Part shown: positions 28,466-39,283 of the stretch, piece after piece
How positions within the stretch are numbered: the stretch's first letter is position 1
Layout: every line of letters starts with the position of its first letter
From: a virus
Taxonomy: Duplodnaviria; Caudoviricetes
Strand: one strand, 5' to 3'
Virus record (IMG/VR): IMGVR_UViG_3300033982_000163
Coordinates: 1 to 46,807 of that record
Length of the DNA: 46,807 bases
Position numbers and translations under genes: made by a program
The notes under the pieces: model-generated
The model's input: only the letters and a program-made list of their open reading frames with translations
The model's database searches: none
What the model was told of the DNA's origin: nothing

Positions 28466-29649
28466 GCCTTCCCACCCATCATCACTCGGACTAATTGTTT
28501 ATCGTACTCGCTTTCCGCTTGTTGGATATACATTTTGTGGATGATTTCTAGGTCGGATTCGACGATCTTCCAGAGTTCTTCAATGGATTTTACGCGTCCA
28601 GGCCCTGTCCATTGGCTCTCCATTTCTTCAACCTGCTTGTTTAACTCCGCCGAACAACTAGGGCACAATCCGGATTGCGCATAGATTCCAACGGCATCTA
28701 CTTGTCCACCGCAATCTGCGCAAATGTAACGCCCTGTGCTTGTGCTTATCTTGCCTAGAACGGTATCGACCGCCTCGTCTTGTAGCTCACTGGGCACATC
28801 TGCAGACGTTATGGCTGTACCCAAGATTTCAGCCGCTTCGTCATTTTCTTCCTCTGCTTCTGGGTGCCAATACAGTTCTTCGCCCTCTGGCTCTTCCATG
28901 GAAATTCTAAGATGATCATCCGGTCCAGGTACAGATTCTCCGTAAGTGGATTCCCTACCGGCTTCTTCATTGCCTTCCTTGGCGCAATCGCCAGCTATTT
29001 CCCCCGATGTATTCTCCGTGCTAAATTTAAGCCCACCCAATGGTATTTGAATCTCAACCTTTGGTAATTTCTGCGGTTCAGTATCTGTGTGGAATTTCTC
29101 AATTTCCTCCAAGCTCGGTCCTTTGTCCTCTGCTTTTTGTTCCTGCTCCGCTACTTTTCTAAGGTGTACTAGGTGTGCGTGGGCCGTTGTTTTGCTGGTC
29201 AGATACTTCTTGGCAACATCGCTATAAGATCCAGTGGCCTCAAATAATTCGAGGGTTGTTAATTCCGATTTCATACGTTTCGCATTTTCGATAGTGTCAA
29301 CACTCGGCATGATTTTTTCCTCCTCGTCAACATATTTGATCTCTCCGGTTCGTTCGTAGTGTTCGACATCACAAACCCTTGAGGTTACAGGAGACTCGAC
29401 TGTAGTTAAATTACTCTTTGATTCAAGGAGTTTAGTCCCGTAGGATCGCGGGCTTATATTGCTTCTCATTGCCGTTCCATCCTTCCTTGGGCGACCGTGT
29501 TTGCTGCTAGATGGTAAACCTCGTATAGTGCGCCATCGGGCAACGCTTTTTTTATAGCAGTCTAATTTAGCGGCTATTTCTTTATCCGGTAATCCAAGAT
29601 CGTAGTAATGCTTAGCCCGTTCATCGTCGATATTTACTCCCCTTGTCAT
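28459..29649 (-). CDS. Hypothetical protein with HTH motifs and a Zn finger
   Basis: YDLGLPDKEIAAKLDC..SVARWR; CADC..CPSC. Confidence 0.7.
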   Translation of the reverse strand: MTRGVNIDDERAKHYYDLGLPDKEIAAKLDCYKKSVARWRTIRGLPSSSKHGRPRKDGTAMRSNISPRSYGTKLLESKSNLTTVESPVTSRVCDVEHYERTGEIKYVDEEEKIMPSVDTIENAKRMKSELTTLELFEATGSYSDVAKKYLTSKTTAHAHLVHLRKVAEQEQKAEDKGPSLEEIEKFHTDTEPQKLPKVEIQIPLGGLKFSTENTSGEIAGDCAKEGNEEAGRESTYGESVPGPDDHLRISMEEPEGEELYWHPEAEEENDEAAEILGTAITSADVPSELQDEAVDTVLGKISTSTGRYICADCGGQVDAVGIYAQSGLCPSCSAELNKQVEEMESQWTGPGRVKSIEELWKIVESDLEIIHKMYIQQAESEYDKQLVRVMMGGKAC

Positions 29650-29657
29650 AATTCACC

Positions 29658-30671
29658 TCACAGGTAAAACTTCTCGTACTTGCTTGCTCCTCCAGGAGGC
29701 TTAGGAGGCTTAGGAGGCTTATCATCCGGATCCTTATTCCGCTTGTGCGCCTTTTGCCCTTTACGCTCAAGTTCTCTTGTTTCGACATCGGCCACAGTCA
29801 GGACGCCAGCTTCTCTCCAGTCGGTTAGGACCCTTCGAAGATAGAACATGTTTCGGACATCTGCATTAAGGCAGCACCTCAGGCCTTCAATGACTACACC
29901 ATCTGGATCAGGGCTCCCTCGTGAGGAGAACTCATCACACCATGCAAGGATTGAGTCAGTCTCACCCTTAGGTATCAGGCGCCCCCAGTTCTTTTCTGCC
30001 CAGTCGATAGCTTGGGTACCGACGTCCCTGGAGTGTACTTTCTCTGTTTTGGATACGGTTTCGTTCAATTCGTTCACAGTTTGAGGTGTTTCGTTCGCAT
30101 CCCGTGACCTTTCGGATACGATTTCCTCTTCTTCGCGCGCGTTGATGTTGTTGTTAATATCTAAATCTTTATCTAGTTCTATATCTATGTCCTGACATCG
30201 TCTTGACCGAATTGACGCATCATTGACGCTATCCATTTTCCCTTCTTGAAGTGTCATTGACATGTCATTGACACTTTTCAATAACTTCTGCTTTTTCCTC
30301 TCTTTCTGCTTTGCCAATCTGTTGTACTCTTTGAGTTCAGACATCCTATCGACATTTTGATATTCCTCCCAATTCGGAAGATAAATACAGCCGTCAATGT
30401 CGGTATTAACCATATTCAAACGTTTGAATGTTTCTAGCGCTAATTGGATCGTCGACAAGGGGATTTCGTATTCATTAGATAGCATTTCCGGCGTGTAGGG
30501 GACGTTTTCGGTCAGGAATATGTACCCACCCGTATTGCATTTACCAGCACTGGCCATGAGCATTATCCAACAAAGAAGAATGTCGTTGCCCTCAGGTAGC
30601 TTTCTGATAAACTTAATTTTCCGGTTATCAAACATTTCCACATATAGTTTGATCCACTTAATTTCAGCCAT
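29658..30671 (-). CDS. Replication initiator: replisome-organizer N-terminal domain plus DnaD-like domain
   Basis: IKWIKL..MFDNRKIK, AGKCN, NWEEYQN; Y..RVL.DW...GV.TV. Confidence 0.9.
   Translation of the reverse strand: MAEIKWIKLYVEMFDNRKIKFIRKLPEGNDILLCWIMLMASAGKCNTGGYIFLTENVPYTPEMLSNEYEIPLSTIQLALETFKRLNMVNTDIDGCIYLPNWEEYQNVDRMSELKEYNRLAKQKERKKQKLLKSVNDMSMTLQEGKMDSVNDASIRSRRCQDIDIELDKDLDINNNINAREEEEIVSERSRDANETPQTVNELNETVSKTEKVHSRDVGTQAIDWAEKNWGRLIPKGETDSILAWCDEFSSRGSPDPDGVVIEGLRCCLNADVRNMFYLRRVLTDWREAGVLTVADVETRELERKGQKAHKRNKDPDDKPPKPPKPPGGASKYEKFYL
30211..30274. repeat. Iteron-like repeats (probable origin) within the initiator gene
   Basis: TGTCATTGACA tandem at 30252 and 30263; ATTGACGC at 30211 and 30222. 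Confidence 0.6.
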
Positions 30672-31227
30672 CTATTTCTATCCTCCATTCTTCCGGTGTT
30701 TTATCACCCTTGGAACGGTTACAGGTTATGCAGGCACACACCAAGTTACCGACTAAATCTAATCCTCCCCTTGATCTGGGTAACACGTGATCTGCTTCTA
30801 ACGGTTTGTCTCCGGCACCGCAATAAACACATGTGTAGTTATCTCTTTCAAGGACAACCCTTCGTAAATCGCTCCAATTTCCGTCATTCACAGTGCAATC
30901 CCTGTCGATTTTCACCCATTTCTCAAGATCGTTAGCTCTCATTACACCATTATCGTCAAAGTCAATCACGCCAAGTTTTTTAAATATTTCTAAGGCCAGC
31001 TTAACGATATTGATTGGCTTCCTGAACTTATGCGAGAGCATATCATCCGTGTATGGAATTTTTTCAGTGGTGTAAATGTATCCACCATCATTACACTTTC
31101 CGGCCAGGGCCAAGAGCCTAATCCATATCACTAGTATTACGTCGGATTCCGGAAGACTTGTTATGAAATCTATCTTCTCATCCTCGAACATTCCAGTGCT
31201 TAGCTTTATCCATTTAACGTCAGACAC
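30664..31227 (-). CDS. Replisome-organizer N-terminal domain fused to an HNH endonuclease
   Basis: VKWIKL..MFEDEKI...AGKCN; RDNYTCVYCG..EADHVLPRSRGG...NLVCACITCNRSKG. Confidence 0.9.
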   Translation of the reverse strand: MSDVKWIKLSTGMFEDEKIDFITSLPESDVILVIWIRLLALAGKCNDGGYIYTTEKIPYTDDMLSHKFRKPINIVKLALEIFKKLGVIDFDDNGVMRANDLEKWVKIDRDCTVNDGNWSDLRRVVLERDNYTCVYCGAGDKPLEADHVLPRSRGGLDLVGNLVCACITCNRSKGDKTPEEWRIEIDG

Positions 31228-31296
31228 ACCATCACCTCATTACTCCTAAGAGAAAAGGCTAAGATAAAGCCAGGTCAATCCTAGCTTTATCTATCC

Positions 31297-32397
31297 TTAC
31301 AACTTCTCAGACATTTTGCCAATTAATCCTTTGATAGCGCTCTTGTATTTGCCTTGCTCTTCGGTGTCAATCTCTTCTAGCACAGCGAGGATATCTTTGA
31401 ATTCATCTACCAGTGATTCAAAGTGAATCTTAAACTTGACGCTTGCAGTATTGACCGATTGAGGTTGAGCTTCCTTGGCCTCAAGTTCCTTATTCCTTTC
31501 CCTAAGTTCGTTGAGTTCTTTCTCGACATCTTCAGGGATTTTTTCAACCACCGGAGCGGCTGTCACCTCAACCGGATCTTCCTTCAGCTGCCGCTCAAGT
31601 TCCTCGATTTTGCCAAGTGACTCCGAGAGCTCAGAATTAGTCTTCTCAATGGTTTCCTGCAGCCGCTCGACTTCATCGCTGTTTCCTGAAGCCTGTGCCT
31701 CTATGAGCAGCTTGTTCGTCTCTGAGATCGACAAGCCCAAGCGGTCGATCTCTTTCTTCGATTTTTTCTTTTCTTTATCGAGATCAGTCCTAAGCTTTTC
31801 GGCTATAGCTTCTGCAGTCTGCTTATCTGATTCTGCTTGTTCCTTTTCTCCAAGCAACCGCTTGGCTTCCTCAGTCTTTTCTTCTGCTAAACGCTTGGAT
31901 TTCTCGGCCAGCTTCTTGGTTCCAGTCCAGCCTGCCTCAACTTCCTTTAGCTTTGCCTCAAGTTCTTGCTTATCCTTGATAGCTTGCTGCAGCTCCCGAG
32001 TAGTCATATTGTCGATGTCGTTTTTCTCAATAAACTCCTCCCGTTCTTCCATAGGGATGCCCAACAATAAAACCGCTTGGGTATAACTCAAATTGGCAAG
32101 CGCTTGCGATTTTGCGTTGTCGCAAAACATAACCATCTGGCTCGATCCGTATTGTTCGAAGAGCACAATAAGATTGGAAGCCGTTCGCTGGGAATATTTG
32201 ACCGATTTCTTAAGCCACTCTCCCCACTCTCCGTGCTTAATCATGATCTTTGCTTCCGCAAGTTTCCGACCTATCTCGATACTATTTAGCAGAACAATCT
32301 TTCGAACCGTTTCCGTAATACTGTTAATCTCCTGGGCAATTAGTTCGGGCGTCCGCTCCACGGATAAATTCTTATCGAGCATTGCGACCTCATTCAA
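31297..32397 (-). CDS. DUF3102 domain coiled-coil protein
   Basis: IEIGRKLAEAK...HGEWGEWL...YSQRTA...LSYTQA..LL..P.EERE.F. Confidence 0.88.
   Translation of the reverse strand: MNEVAMLDKNLSVERTPELIAQEINSITETVRKIVLLNSIEIGRKLAEAKIMIKHGEWGEWLKKSVKYSQRTASNLIVLFEQYGSSQMVMFCDNAKSQALANLSYTQAVLLLGIPMEEREEFIEKNDIDNMTTRELQQAIKDKQELEAKLKEVEAGWTGTKKLAEKSKRLAEEKTEEAKRLLGEKEQAESDKQTAEAIAEKLRTDLDKEKKKSKKEIDRLGLSISETNKLLIEAQASGNSDEVERLQETIEKTNSELSESLGKIEELERQLKEDPVEVTAAPVVEKIPEDVEKELNELRERNKELEAKEAQPQSVNTASVKFKIHFESLVDEFKDILAVLEEIDTEEQGKYKSAIKGLIGKMSEKL
32090..32113. repeat. 24-bp imperfect palindrome, copy 4 (inside the DUF3102 CDS)
   Basis: AAATTGGCAAGCGCTTGCGATTTT, encoding KSQALANL. Confidence 0.9.
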
Positions 32398-32416
32398 AGC
32401 CTTTTCCTCCTTTCGA

Positions 32417-34348
32417 TTACGCAGGGACTGTCACCAGGATTCTATTTTCCTCGCAAATCGGTTTTAATGTTTTTAAGAATTTATTGGTAAAATTACGTAC
32501 TTCAGGAGACGCAAGACGATCGCCGAATCCATATAGCTGTAATATCTTCAATTCTTTCATGTCGATCTCCATCGTAATGAATGGCTTCTCTGGCTCCTTT
32601 GTCTGCCTAACAAAAAATATCATCCTCGTTCCGGCAATATGGTTTAGGTAGTACCTATCCGCACCAACACAATGGTTTAAAGCTTGTCCCTCTGTAATAA
32701 GATCACTTCGAAGGGCTGGAAATACGATACAATAATCTCCCTTTGCGTACTCCTTCATCCCGGAATAGAGTTTTTCCACGGCCTGTTTGAATTTCTCGTC
32801 ATCTATCTGGTGTTTCACTTGGTTAAAACGAGGCAGGAGCAAGTCGTGAGCTTCTTTGATATTTCTGGGGAAACGAATGGATTTTCTTGACAAGTCCACT
32901 TTTAGCGATTCGGACATGCTTACATAATCCTTATAGAGCGTTAAAAAGTATTGAAGCTTTTTCTTTTCGATCAGCGCCTTTTGCCTTGAAAAATAGTTTA
33001 CAAAGCGCTCAAACGACATAGCCTTAAGGACATCAACGATATCGTCAAATTCCATGTGCCCGGGTGCCAGTGAGCGAAGTTTTTCAAAACTGGATTCACT
33101 CACCCATGTTTTTGACGCTTTTAGGACCATGTGTTCAAAGGGACTAACATTATATTTCTGATACAGCGGGAGATACTGTTTACTGACCCCAAGGGCCTCC
33201 GTAAACCCTGCTCCCTTGCCTAGTTCATACTTTGTCATGCCGGACGCAAGTGCCGACATCCCCATTTTGAAAAGGTATTCCGCCGCTGGGATGTTCTTAA
33301 GGTGATCGAGTAATGATGCAAAGGACAGTTTTCCGGAATTTTTTAGCCCCGCTTCCAGGTCTACGTGGTAGTAAGTATCGCCAAAAACCTCTTTGAGATT
33401 GTTCACATAAACGAACGATTCCCCATAGTGAACGTTTCCGTTCTTCTGGCGGAACCATCTCTCTTCCCAACCTATCATTGATTTATAGTCGTAAGCGTAA
33501 ACGATCGGTCCCTTGAGAGAATGAAGATACAGATTTCTGTAATAGTCAGAAAAATGATATCTATGTTTCACGCCGTCAAACGCGCGGATTATATTTGTCC
33601 AGCGGATCAGCAGCTGGTCTTGGACTTTATGGGCTATGCAGATCTTTCCTTTGTCTTCACAACCACCGCTTGTCCACATGGCGTGATATATGGCCTTCAT
33701 ATTACATCCTTGGCATATTCCGTCTTGCCCAGGTTTAACATCTTTACTTACGGGAAATTTGTGCCCGCAATGGCCGCATACCGCTTCTCTTTCCCCTTTT
33801 TGGATTTTGCTTATAAAAATATAGGTGTACCCAAATACGTTCGTTTCACAATATTCGTCCAGGTCATCAGGATAGGCCGGGAACATCTTGAAATGTGAAT
33901 CCATCTTGGAATACTTGCTATCCATTGCCTTCGCTTGCTTTCGTTCATTTATTGCTCTGACAAAGGAGTCCATTTCATTTTTTATCCCGGACATGTAGTG
34001 CCATGATTTTTGTCCGCTTTTTAAGATTTCATGAGCTTTTTTTACATCATTTTCAGCGGCATCAATATTGTCAGAATATAAATTATCCAACAAATTTCCC
34101 GGCAGCCTTTTCTCCCATTTCCTGACCGGCCATTCCTTACAAACCAGGAACGAGACACCGTCAGAGAAAAAGCGAAGCTGCAGGGTTGAATCCTTTCGCT
34201 TGAAAACATCAACGATGAGCATTTTACCGGACTTTTTTAGCTTTAATACCTGGACCGCTGCAACATACTTGTTGTATTTCTTGTCTTTTGCAGGCAGACT
34301 CGGACACACTTGAACAGTAATTTGCTCCAATTCTCCTTTTATCAGCAT
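32417..34348 (-). CDS. PcfJ-domain protein
   Basis: YKDY..M, FP.NI.EAHD, EGQALNHCVG..Y, IFFVR..PEKPF.TME. Confidence 0.9.
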   Translation of the reverse strand: MLIKGELEQITVQVCPSLPAKDKKYNKYVAAVQVLKLKKSGKMLIVDVFKRKDSTLQLRFFSDGVSFLVCKEWPVRKWEKRLPGNLLDNLYSDNIDAAENDVKKAHEILKSGQKSWHYMSGIKNEMDSFVRAINERKQAKAMDSKYSKMDSHFKMFPAYPDDLDEYCETNVFGYTYIFISKIQKGEREAVCGHCGHKFPVSKDVKPGQDGICQGCNMKAIYHAMWTSGGCEDKGKICIAHKVQDQLLIRWTNIIRAFDGVKHRYHFSDYYRNLYLHSLKGPIVYAYDYKSMIGWEERWFRQKNGNVHYGESFVYVNNLKEVFGDTYYHVDLEAGLKNSGKLSFASLLDHLKNIPAAEYLFKMGMSALASGMTKYELGKGAGFTEALGVSKQYLPLYQKYNVSPFEHMVLKASKTWVSESSFEKLRSLAPGHMEFDDIVDVLKAMSFERFVNYFSRQKALIEKKKLQYFLTLYKDYVSMSESLKVDLSRKSIRFPRNIKEAHDLLLPRFNQVKHQIDDEKFKQAVEKLYSGMKEYAKGDYCIVFPALRSDLITEGQALNHCVGADRYYLNHIAGTRMIFFVRQTKEPEKPFITMEIDMKELKILQLYGFGDRLASPEVRNFTNKFLKTLKPICEENRILVTVPA

Positions 34349-34362
34349 CCACAGATTCCTCC

Positions 34363-34743
34363 TTAAAGTAAATCTTCCAGCCGTACATCAAAGCTAATTG
34401 TTGGTTTTTCTGGTGCCGGTACCGAAGATACTGGCGCTACGGACGGAGCGGCCATGACAACCGGTGCTCCTTTAATTCCGAAATATTTCAGCACGACAGC
34501 AAACCCTTCCTGATCAGTGAGCACCGCGCAATTTCCGGACTTTGTTTTCGCAGCAACCTTTCGCATCTCCTCGAGGCTTTTACCGATCGTCTTGTCTGTG
34601 ACTAGGATTTTCTCGGCATCCCGAGGGGATTCGGTAAGGTGATTCAGTAGAAATTTCCCAACTTCTTGAATATATGAGTTAGCGTTATTCTGAGTCATTT
34701 CAGACCTTACTTTCGAAATGGCCCGCTCTATCGGCATATTCAT
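34363..34743 (-). CDS. PcfK-like protein
   Basis: Adjacent to PcfJ; KTI..S.EEM...A.K......LTD.E.F..V.KYF. Confidence 0.75.
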   Translation of the reverse strand: MNMPIERAISKVRSEMTQNNANSYIQEVGKFLLNHLTESPRDAEKILVTDKTIGKSLEEMRKVAAKTKSGNCAVLTDQEGFAVVLKYFGIKGAPVVMAAPSVAPVSSVPAPEKPTISFDVRLEDLL

Positions 34744-35895
34744 TTTCCTCCTTTGAAAGCTTCTCTAAATAGGCGCATAAAAGCGCATATCTGCACTTGG
34801 ATTGATCGCGTAGATCAGTACATCCACCGCAGTTCTCTAGGTAATCAAAAAAACGGAGAAGGTGCCCCTTATCAAATAGACTCAAACTGATCACCATCCC
34901 CTATACTCGGATTAATAAAATAAGGCTTAAATGTAATGGCTGGCACGATCACACTCTTTCTCTGCCGCCTATCCCGCTCCTCTGGTGTAATCCGTCGCAT
35001 CCGTGGGATTTTGTTACCTTCGATCCGCTGGCATTCATTGCCGTGGTAGACGATGCAGCGCATTTCGAAGTACTCACAGGCACTGCGCCAGCATTGGAGA
35101 CGCTTTTCTCGATCTTGCTTAGCTGCCATATCCCAACCTCCCGATTAAGGAAGTGGACCGTATCCACTTCCTTGTGGTATACTTTCCGTAAGTGACTTTT
35201 TATGTTGGTCCGCTTGGAGTGTCCGCTCCTGCGGGCCATTTTGCTTTATAAAAGATACAAGGAGGCGATCCTTTTCGTCCCTGGCATCTGCCGAAATTTC
35301 GTTCGTGACGATCGCACTTTCGGCATTCGTCGTTCATGGAGTTATAATCGAATTCACCTTTTTGGGGGAGACTCTTGCCCATACAATCACCGACCTCTCC
35401 GTCTAGACTTGGGACGGTTATTATATTTCGCCTTTTCTTTCGACGGCTTCGCTGAACTGGCCGGCTTTGCCAAAATAGGAACAAGCGGTGCGGTAATATT
35501 TTTGATAGACCAAAACCCCTCGGGACCGCATTCCCATTCCGCTTGACAACCTTTTGTCGGACACCCAGCTTTGACTTGGCCTTCCGGGAAAGACATTTTT
35601 TGACCGCAAATACACATTTGAGATAACGATTGCTGCTTTACCATAGAAATCCTCCTCACTTTTTTCACGATTCGGTAGCTATACAGTCAAAACCCACAGC
35701 GCTAAGTACTCTTCTGCAATGCTTGCAGTGGGTGATGGCCTTGCCTCCTTCAAAGTCTGTCGTTTCATGCATAGCTAATGGGTGTGTGCAAATGTTAGGA
35801 CTAGCTCCAATGGCCGCTCGTTGAGCCTTGAGGCTTTCGATATATAGGCCAAGGTCGTCATACATCTTTTGGAGATTTGGCGTGCCTATCATCAT
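34700..35895 (-). other. Cluster of small Cys-rich hypothetical early genes (34700-34897, 34872-35129, ~35200-35382, 35387-35668, 35665-35895)
   Basis: Tightly packed co-oriented ORFs with overlapping starts and stops. Confidence 0.55.
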
Positions 35896-36533
35896 GTTGA
35901 TCCTCCGCCCGTTAGAACTTGATCTCCCTTTCCATGCAGATCAGCCCACATAAAGCACTCGTATTCGCTATTCCACCAGAGCAACATTTCGTTCCCGTAT
36001 TTATCCCGGACAATTTGGCTGCCAGGCACTTCCGGAAATGCTTCTGTAGTGACTACGCCAGGCGCAAACCGCTCGGCTATGAAGTTAAGTACCTTGTCAT
36101 CCAGGGTATCGGCAACGGAGATATTTACATATCCGGTGCCCTTGCAGCAGCCACATACCTTCCAAGGTGCACATTTTGCAAAGTCAATGACCCAGCCCTC
36201 AAGTGTTTCGGATAATTTCATTCCTGATCCTTTCTCTCCGACTTCCTCAACCAGCTTAGGGCAGGTTTCGGGACTGCATTCATCGCATTCCTCACACTCC
36301 GTGGCTAGTTCAACCTTTTCCCAAACAACAGCATCCAAGGTTGGCGTGATCTTAAGTTCCTGGAATATCGGGTGATCTTTGCAGGCATACAAAACAACTG
36401 GTTTCATGGAATCATCTTGGTACTTTGACCCAAAGAGTAATTCATTTTTCCAAAATAAGCCGATTGGTCCACCTTCAAATTCATGGATTACCCTTGGGTT
36501 TTCTGCTCGTTTTTGAGCTATGGATTTTCTCAA
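35892..36533 (-). CDS. Hypothetical protein
   Basis: 213-aa ORF, coupled start/stop overlaps. Confidence 0.65.
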   Translation of the reverse strand: MRKSIAQKRAENPRVIHEFEGGPIGLFWKNELLFGSKYQDDSMKPVVLYACKDHPIFQELKITPTLDAVVWEKVELATECEECDECSPETCPKLVEEVGEKGSGMKLSETLEGWVIDFAKCAPWKVCGCCKGTGYVNISVADTLDDKVLNFIAERFAPGVVTTEAFPEVPGSQIVRDKYGNEMLLWWNSEYECFMWADLHGKGDQVLTGGGST

Positions 36534-37321
36534 CTTTCCTCCTCCGTTCCTGGAATTTTCTCATCGCTTGCCATCTCGTTTGGTATCGCAAGATCCTTTA
36601 TGTCTTGAATAACAGCGTGGATTCCCCAGAGGGCAAAGGCACTACTTTTGTGAACATGACGATTCTCCCAGTATCGGATCGTGATTGATGGGAAGCGCTC
36701 AGTTAAGAGGTTTTGAAGCAAATTCCGATTCTTTTCGCAGTCCGTTAAACGATGTTCACTTTCATCAATAACAAAGATATAACCCTGCTTTTCCAAGTCG
36801 TTGCGCTTGTCAGTTTTAGACTTCTTATCACTAACAGGAGTGCTCGACATCGAAAAGGTGCGATCAAAGGAAAAACCAAATTTAAGATCAACCGTGCCGT
36901 ATGGACCATATTGAAATTCAAAGATATGTCCCATGTCCGCTTTTTTCCACCAATCATCCACATTATCCCTGAGGTTACGGAGTAAGTTTGGAACAGTATC
37001 GATCGGAGCTGCTTCACCTAGTTGACGTCCAAGTTCGCGAATCCTACCGTTGAGCTCTCTGATCTTGGCGCTCTTTTCTTCGATTCTCGCAGCCGCTTCC
37101 GAGGCATAACCTAATGGTTCACAAATCTCCTTCGTGTAATGGTCTAAGAGATTGCACATGCAATCGCGCATCTCAACACTCAGTGCATCATTCTCAATCA
37201 TTTCATAAACATAACTCGCGCCATGAATTAGCTCCTTAGCGGCTTTCATTGCGACAGCCTTTTGATCAGGTGTTAAGGCGACTATGGATGGATCGGGTTC
37301 TTTAATATCTAGATGCTTCAA
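36530..37321 (-). CDS. Hypothetical protein
   Basis: 263-aa ORF with RBS AGGAGG. Confidence 0.75.
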   Translation of the reverse strand: MKHLDIKEPDPSIVALTPDQKAVAMKAAKELIHGASYVYEMIENDALSVEMRDCMCNLLDHYTKEICEPLGYASEAAARIEEKSAKIRELNGRIRELGRQLGEAAPIDTVPNLLRNLRDNVDDWWKKADMGHIFEFQYGPYGTVDLKFGFSFDRTFSMSSTPVSDKKSKTDKRNDLEKQGYIFVIDESEHRLTDCEKNRNLLQNLLTERFPSITIRYWENRHVHKSSAFALWGIHAVIQDIKDLAIPNEMASDEKIPGTEEES

Positions 37322-37333
37322 TATCGCTTCCTC

Positions 37334-38704
37334 CTACCTAAAATTACCCTTGCCAAGAATGTTCCCTATCTCTGCTCTATCGCAGCCGAGATTCGCGCAT
37401 TTAGTAGCCAAAGAACAACATTCGTCGTTCATGATGTTCCAATACAAGGAACCTCCCATTTGGTCCCGAAGCTTAACTTGATCCCTAAGTTCGTTCATGA
37501 GGTCTTCCTTGGTGGTTATTTCAGGCGTATCGTTTATGATTTTCATAGTTTCTTTCACCTCCTCTCGAATTTTAAGCGACATTTCCCCGGCCCATGGCAA
37601 TGAAGCATCTTCTTGCAATTTCGACCTCTTCATCCGGGCTTGTCCGCTTGCCAAAGTCGAAGAGATTAATCTTGATATCCGTGTTCATGAGCTCCATGAC
37701 TTCGGCAAATTGGGAGTCTGTCATAGGACCTACGATTGCCTCTAACTTTTTTCTGAGCATGCTCTCACCCCTTTATCCGATCGATCAAACTCAAAATAGG
37801 GCATCTTATCGCCAGTCTCATGATGCAATGCGTATAAGACGAGAGTGTCTATGTCAGTGCGCCCGTTTGCTACATGTTTTTCAAGCCACTCCATGAGTGC
37901 TATTTCGTATTCTTTGGTATAGACGTATGCTGGCAAGTCACACCATGCATTGCGTTTCTCGGTAAGAGATGTCTTAGCCAACCTTTTCTGACCATTGGTC
38001 AAGTTGCCCCCTCCTTTATTCTTCAGTCCTCAATGGGCACCAGCTTGGGCTGCTTGATTTCATTTCCTTCGACGGAATATGGAGTGCTTCATTCCTCCTT
38101 TTTCGCGGTGCCCCTAAGTGGATACAAAAGCTTTTCTTTCCTGACGGGATCCTCCAGTTACACTGCTTGCACTTTGGTAGAGCCATGGGATTCCTCCTTC
38201 CATGCCGCATCGATGGCGGCCAGTAGTTTCTCGACGTCCCCTTCGTCCATGTGGCCATACGGGAAAACGTCAGTCGCTGCAAAGTTTTTAAATCCTTGCT
38301 CGACTTGAGCCGGGCACACGCCGGGCAAGATCGATGCAAAAATATTTGAGATGGCACTAAGTTGATCATGCGCTATATTAGCTGAGCGTAGCGCATTGTT
38401 CCTTGTGTACCCCTCGTGCAGCTGGGCGTATCTGACGCCATCCCGGGTTAGCTCGATGAAGAGAGTTTTCAGGGTTGGCCCTGTAGCAAGTTCGCTAACT
38501 ATCATGGTTTGGCTTTAACTCCTTTCTCCTTGACTACTTGGGATCACTGGGTCGCAACAAAGAATGTTGCATTGCTATCGTCAGCGGCAACGCTTCCTGG
38601 CGTGTAAAGCCTTGATTAACTAAGCGTGTCAAGTGATCGAATAGCATTTTGGCCATGTCGCGTAATGCCGCTTGAGCCTGTTCAAGGTCTTGATCCGAAA
38701 TCAT
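37334..38704 (-). other. Cluster of small hypothetical early genes (37334-~37580, 37572-37760, 37742-38002, 38016-38186, 38158-38505, 38534-38704)
   Basis: Co-oriented ORFs, several with clear RBSs. Confidence 0.6.
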
Positions 38705-38733
38705 TATTTCACCTCGCTTTCGAGAGATGTCTG

Positions 38734-38769
38734 ACAGGCTTTTCCTCTTTCGCGTCGAAATGGTAGTTG
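38734..38769 (+). promoter_or_regulatory. Sigma-H-type promoter
   Basis: ACAGGCTTT-11-GTCGAAA followed by TGGTAGTTG. Confidence 0.7.
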
Positions 38770-38806
38770 ACAAGCTGATCAAAATCAACAAAGAAAGGAA
38801 AAATGT

Positions 38807-39283
38807 ATGGCAAAATATCTATGGGATTTAAACATTGAAGATCTCCCTCTTGGTTGGCAAAGCGTTTATGATGAAGCTGTAAGGGATTATCCAAAGGGCA
38901 AGTACGTGCAATGGGCTGCTACAAACGATGAGGTAATTAAGAATTGGGTAGATCCGGTACAAACATACGATCTATTCAAGAGGACGATCATGGACTACAA
39001 AAACCGAGCTATGACAATTTTCCAAAATTACCGTGATCCTGATGTAAGGAATACGTTTACTAGATTACTAAGAGTTGACGTCGCATTATTTAATCTTTTC
39101 GTTAATTGGAATATGGAGTGCCTTGACGTTGAGCACCACCTAACAATGTTTAACCCATTTGAATACTTCAGAAACGAACGTTACGTTAATTACACTTTCT
39201 ACTTTGCTACTCACTATCACGTTCCGCTTGACTTGTTTTGCGATCTACGAGTTATCGACATCAACTTCACTCGCGATCAATAA
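38807..39283 (+). CDS. Antisense cassette gene, unknown function (158 aa)
   Basis: RBS AAAGGA; overlaps convergent partner by 17 nt. Confidence 0.8.
   Translation: MAKYLWDLNIEDLPLGWQSVYDEAVRDYPKGKYVQWAATNDEVIKNWVDPVQTYDLFKRTIMDYKNRAMTIFQNYRDPDVRNTFTRLLRVDVALFNLFVNWNMECLDVEHHLTMFNPFEYFRNERYVNYTFYFATHYHVPLDLFCDLRVIDINFTRDQ

Noticed and set aside
29692-29720. AGGAGGCTT tandem repeat
   Set aside because: Encodes a KPPKPPKPP linker; in frame and unremarkable
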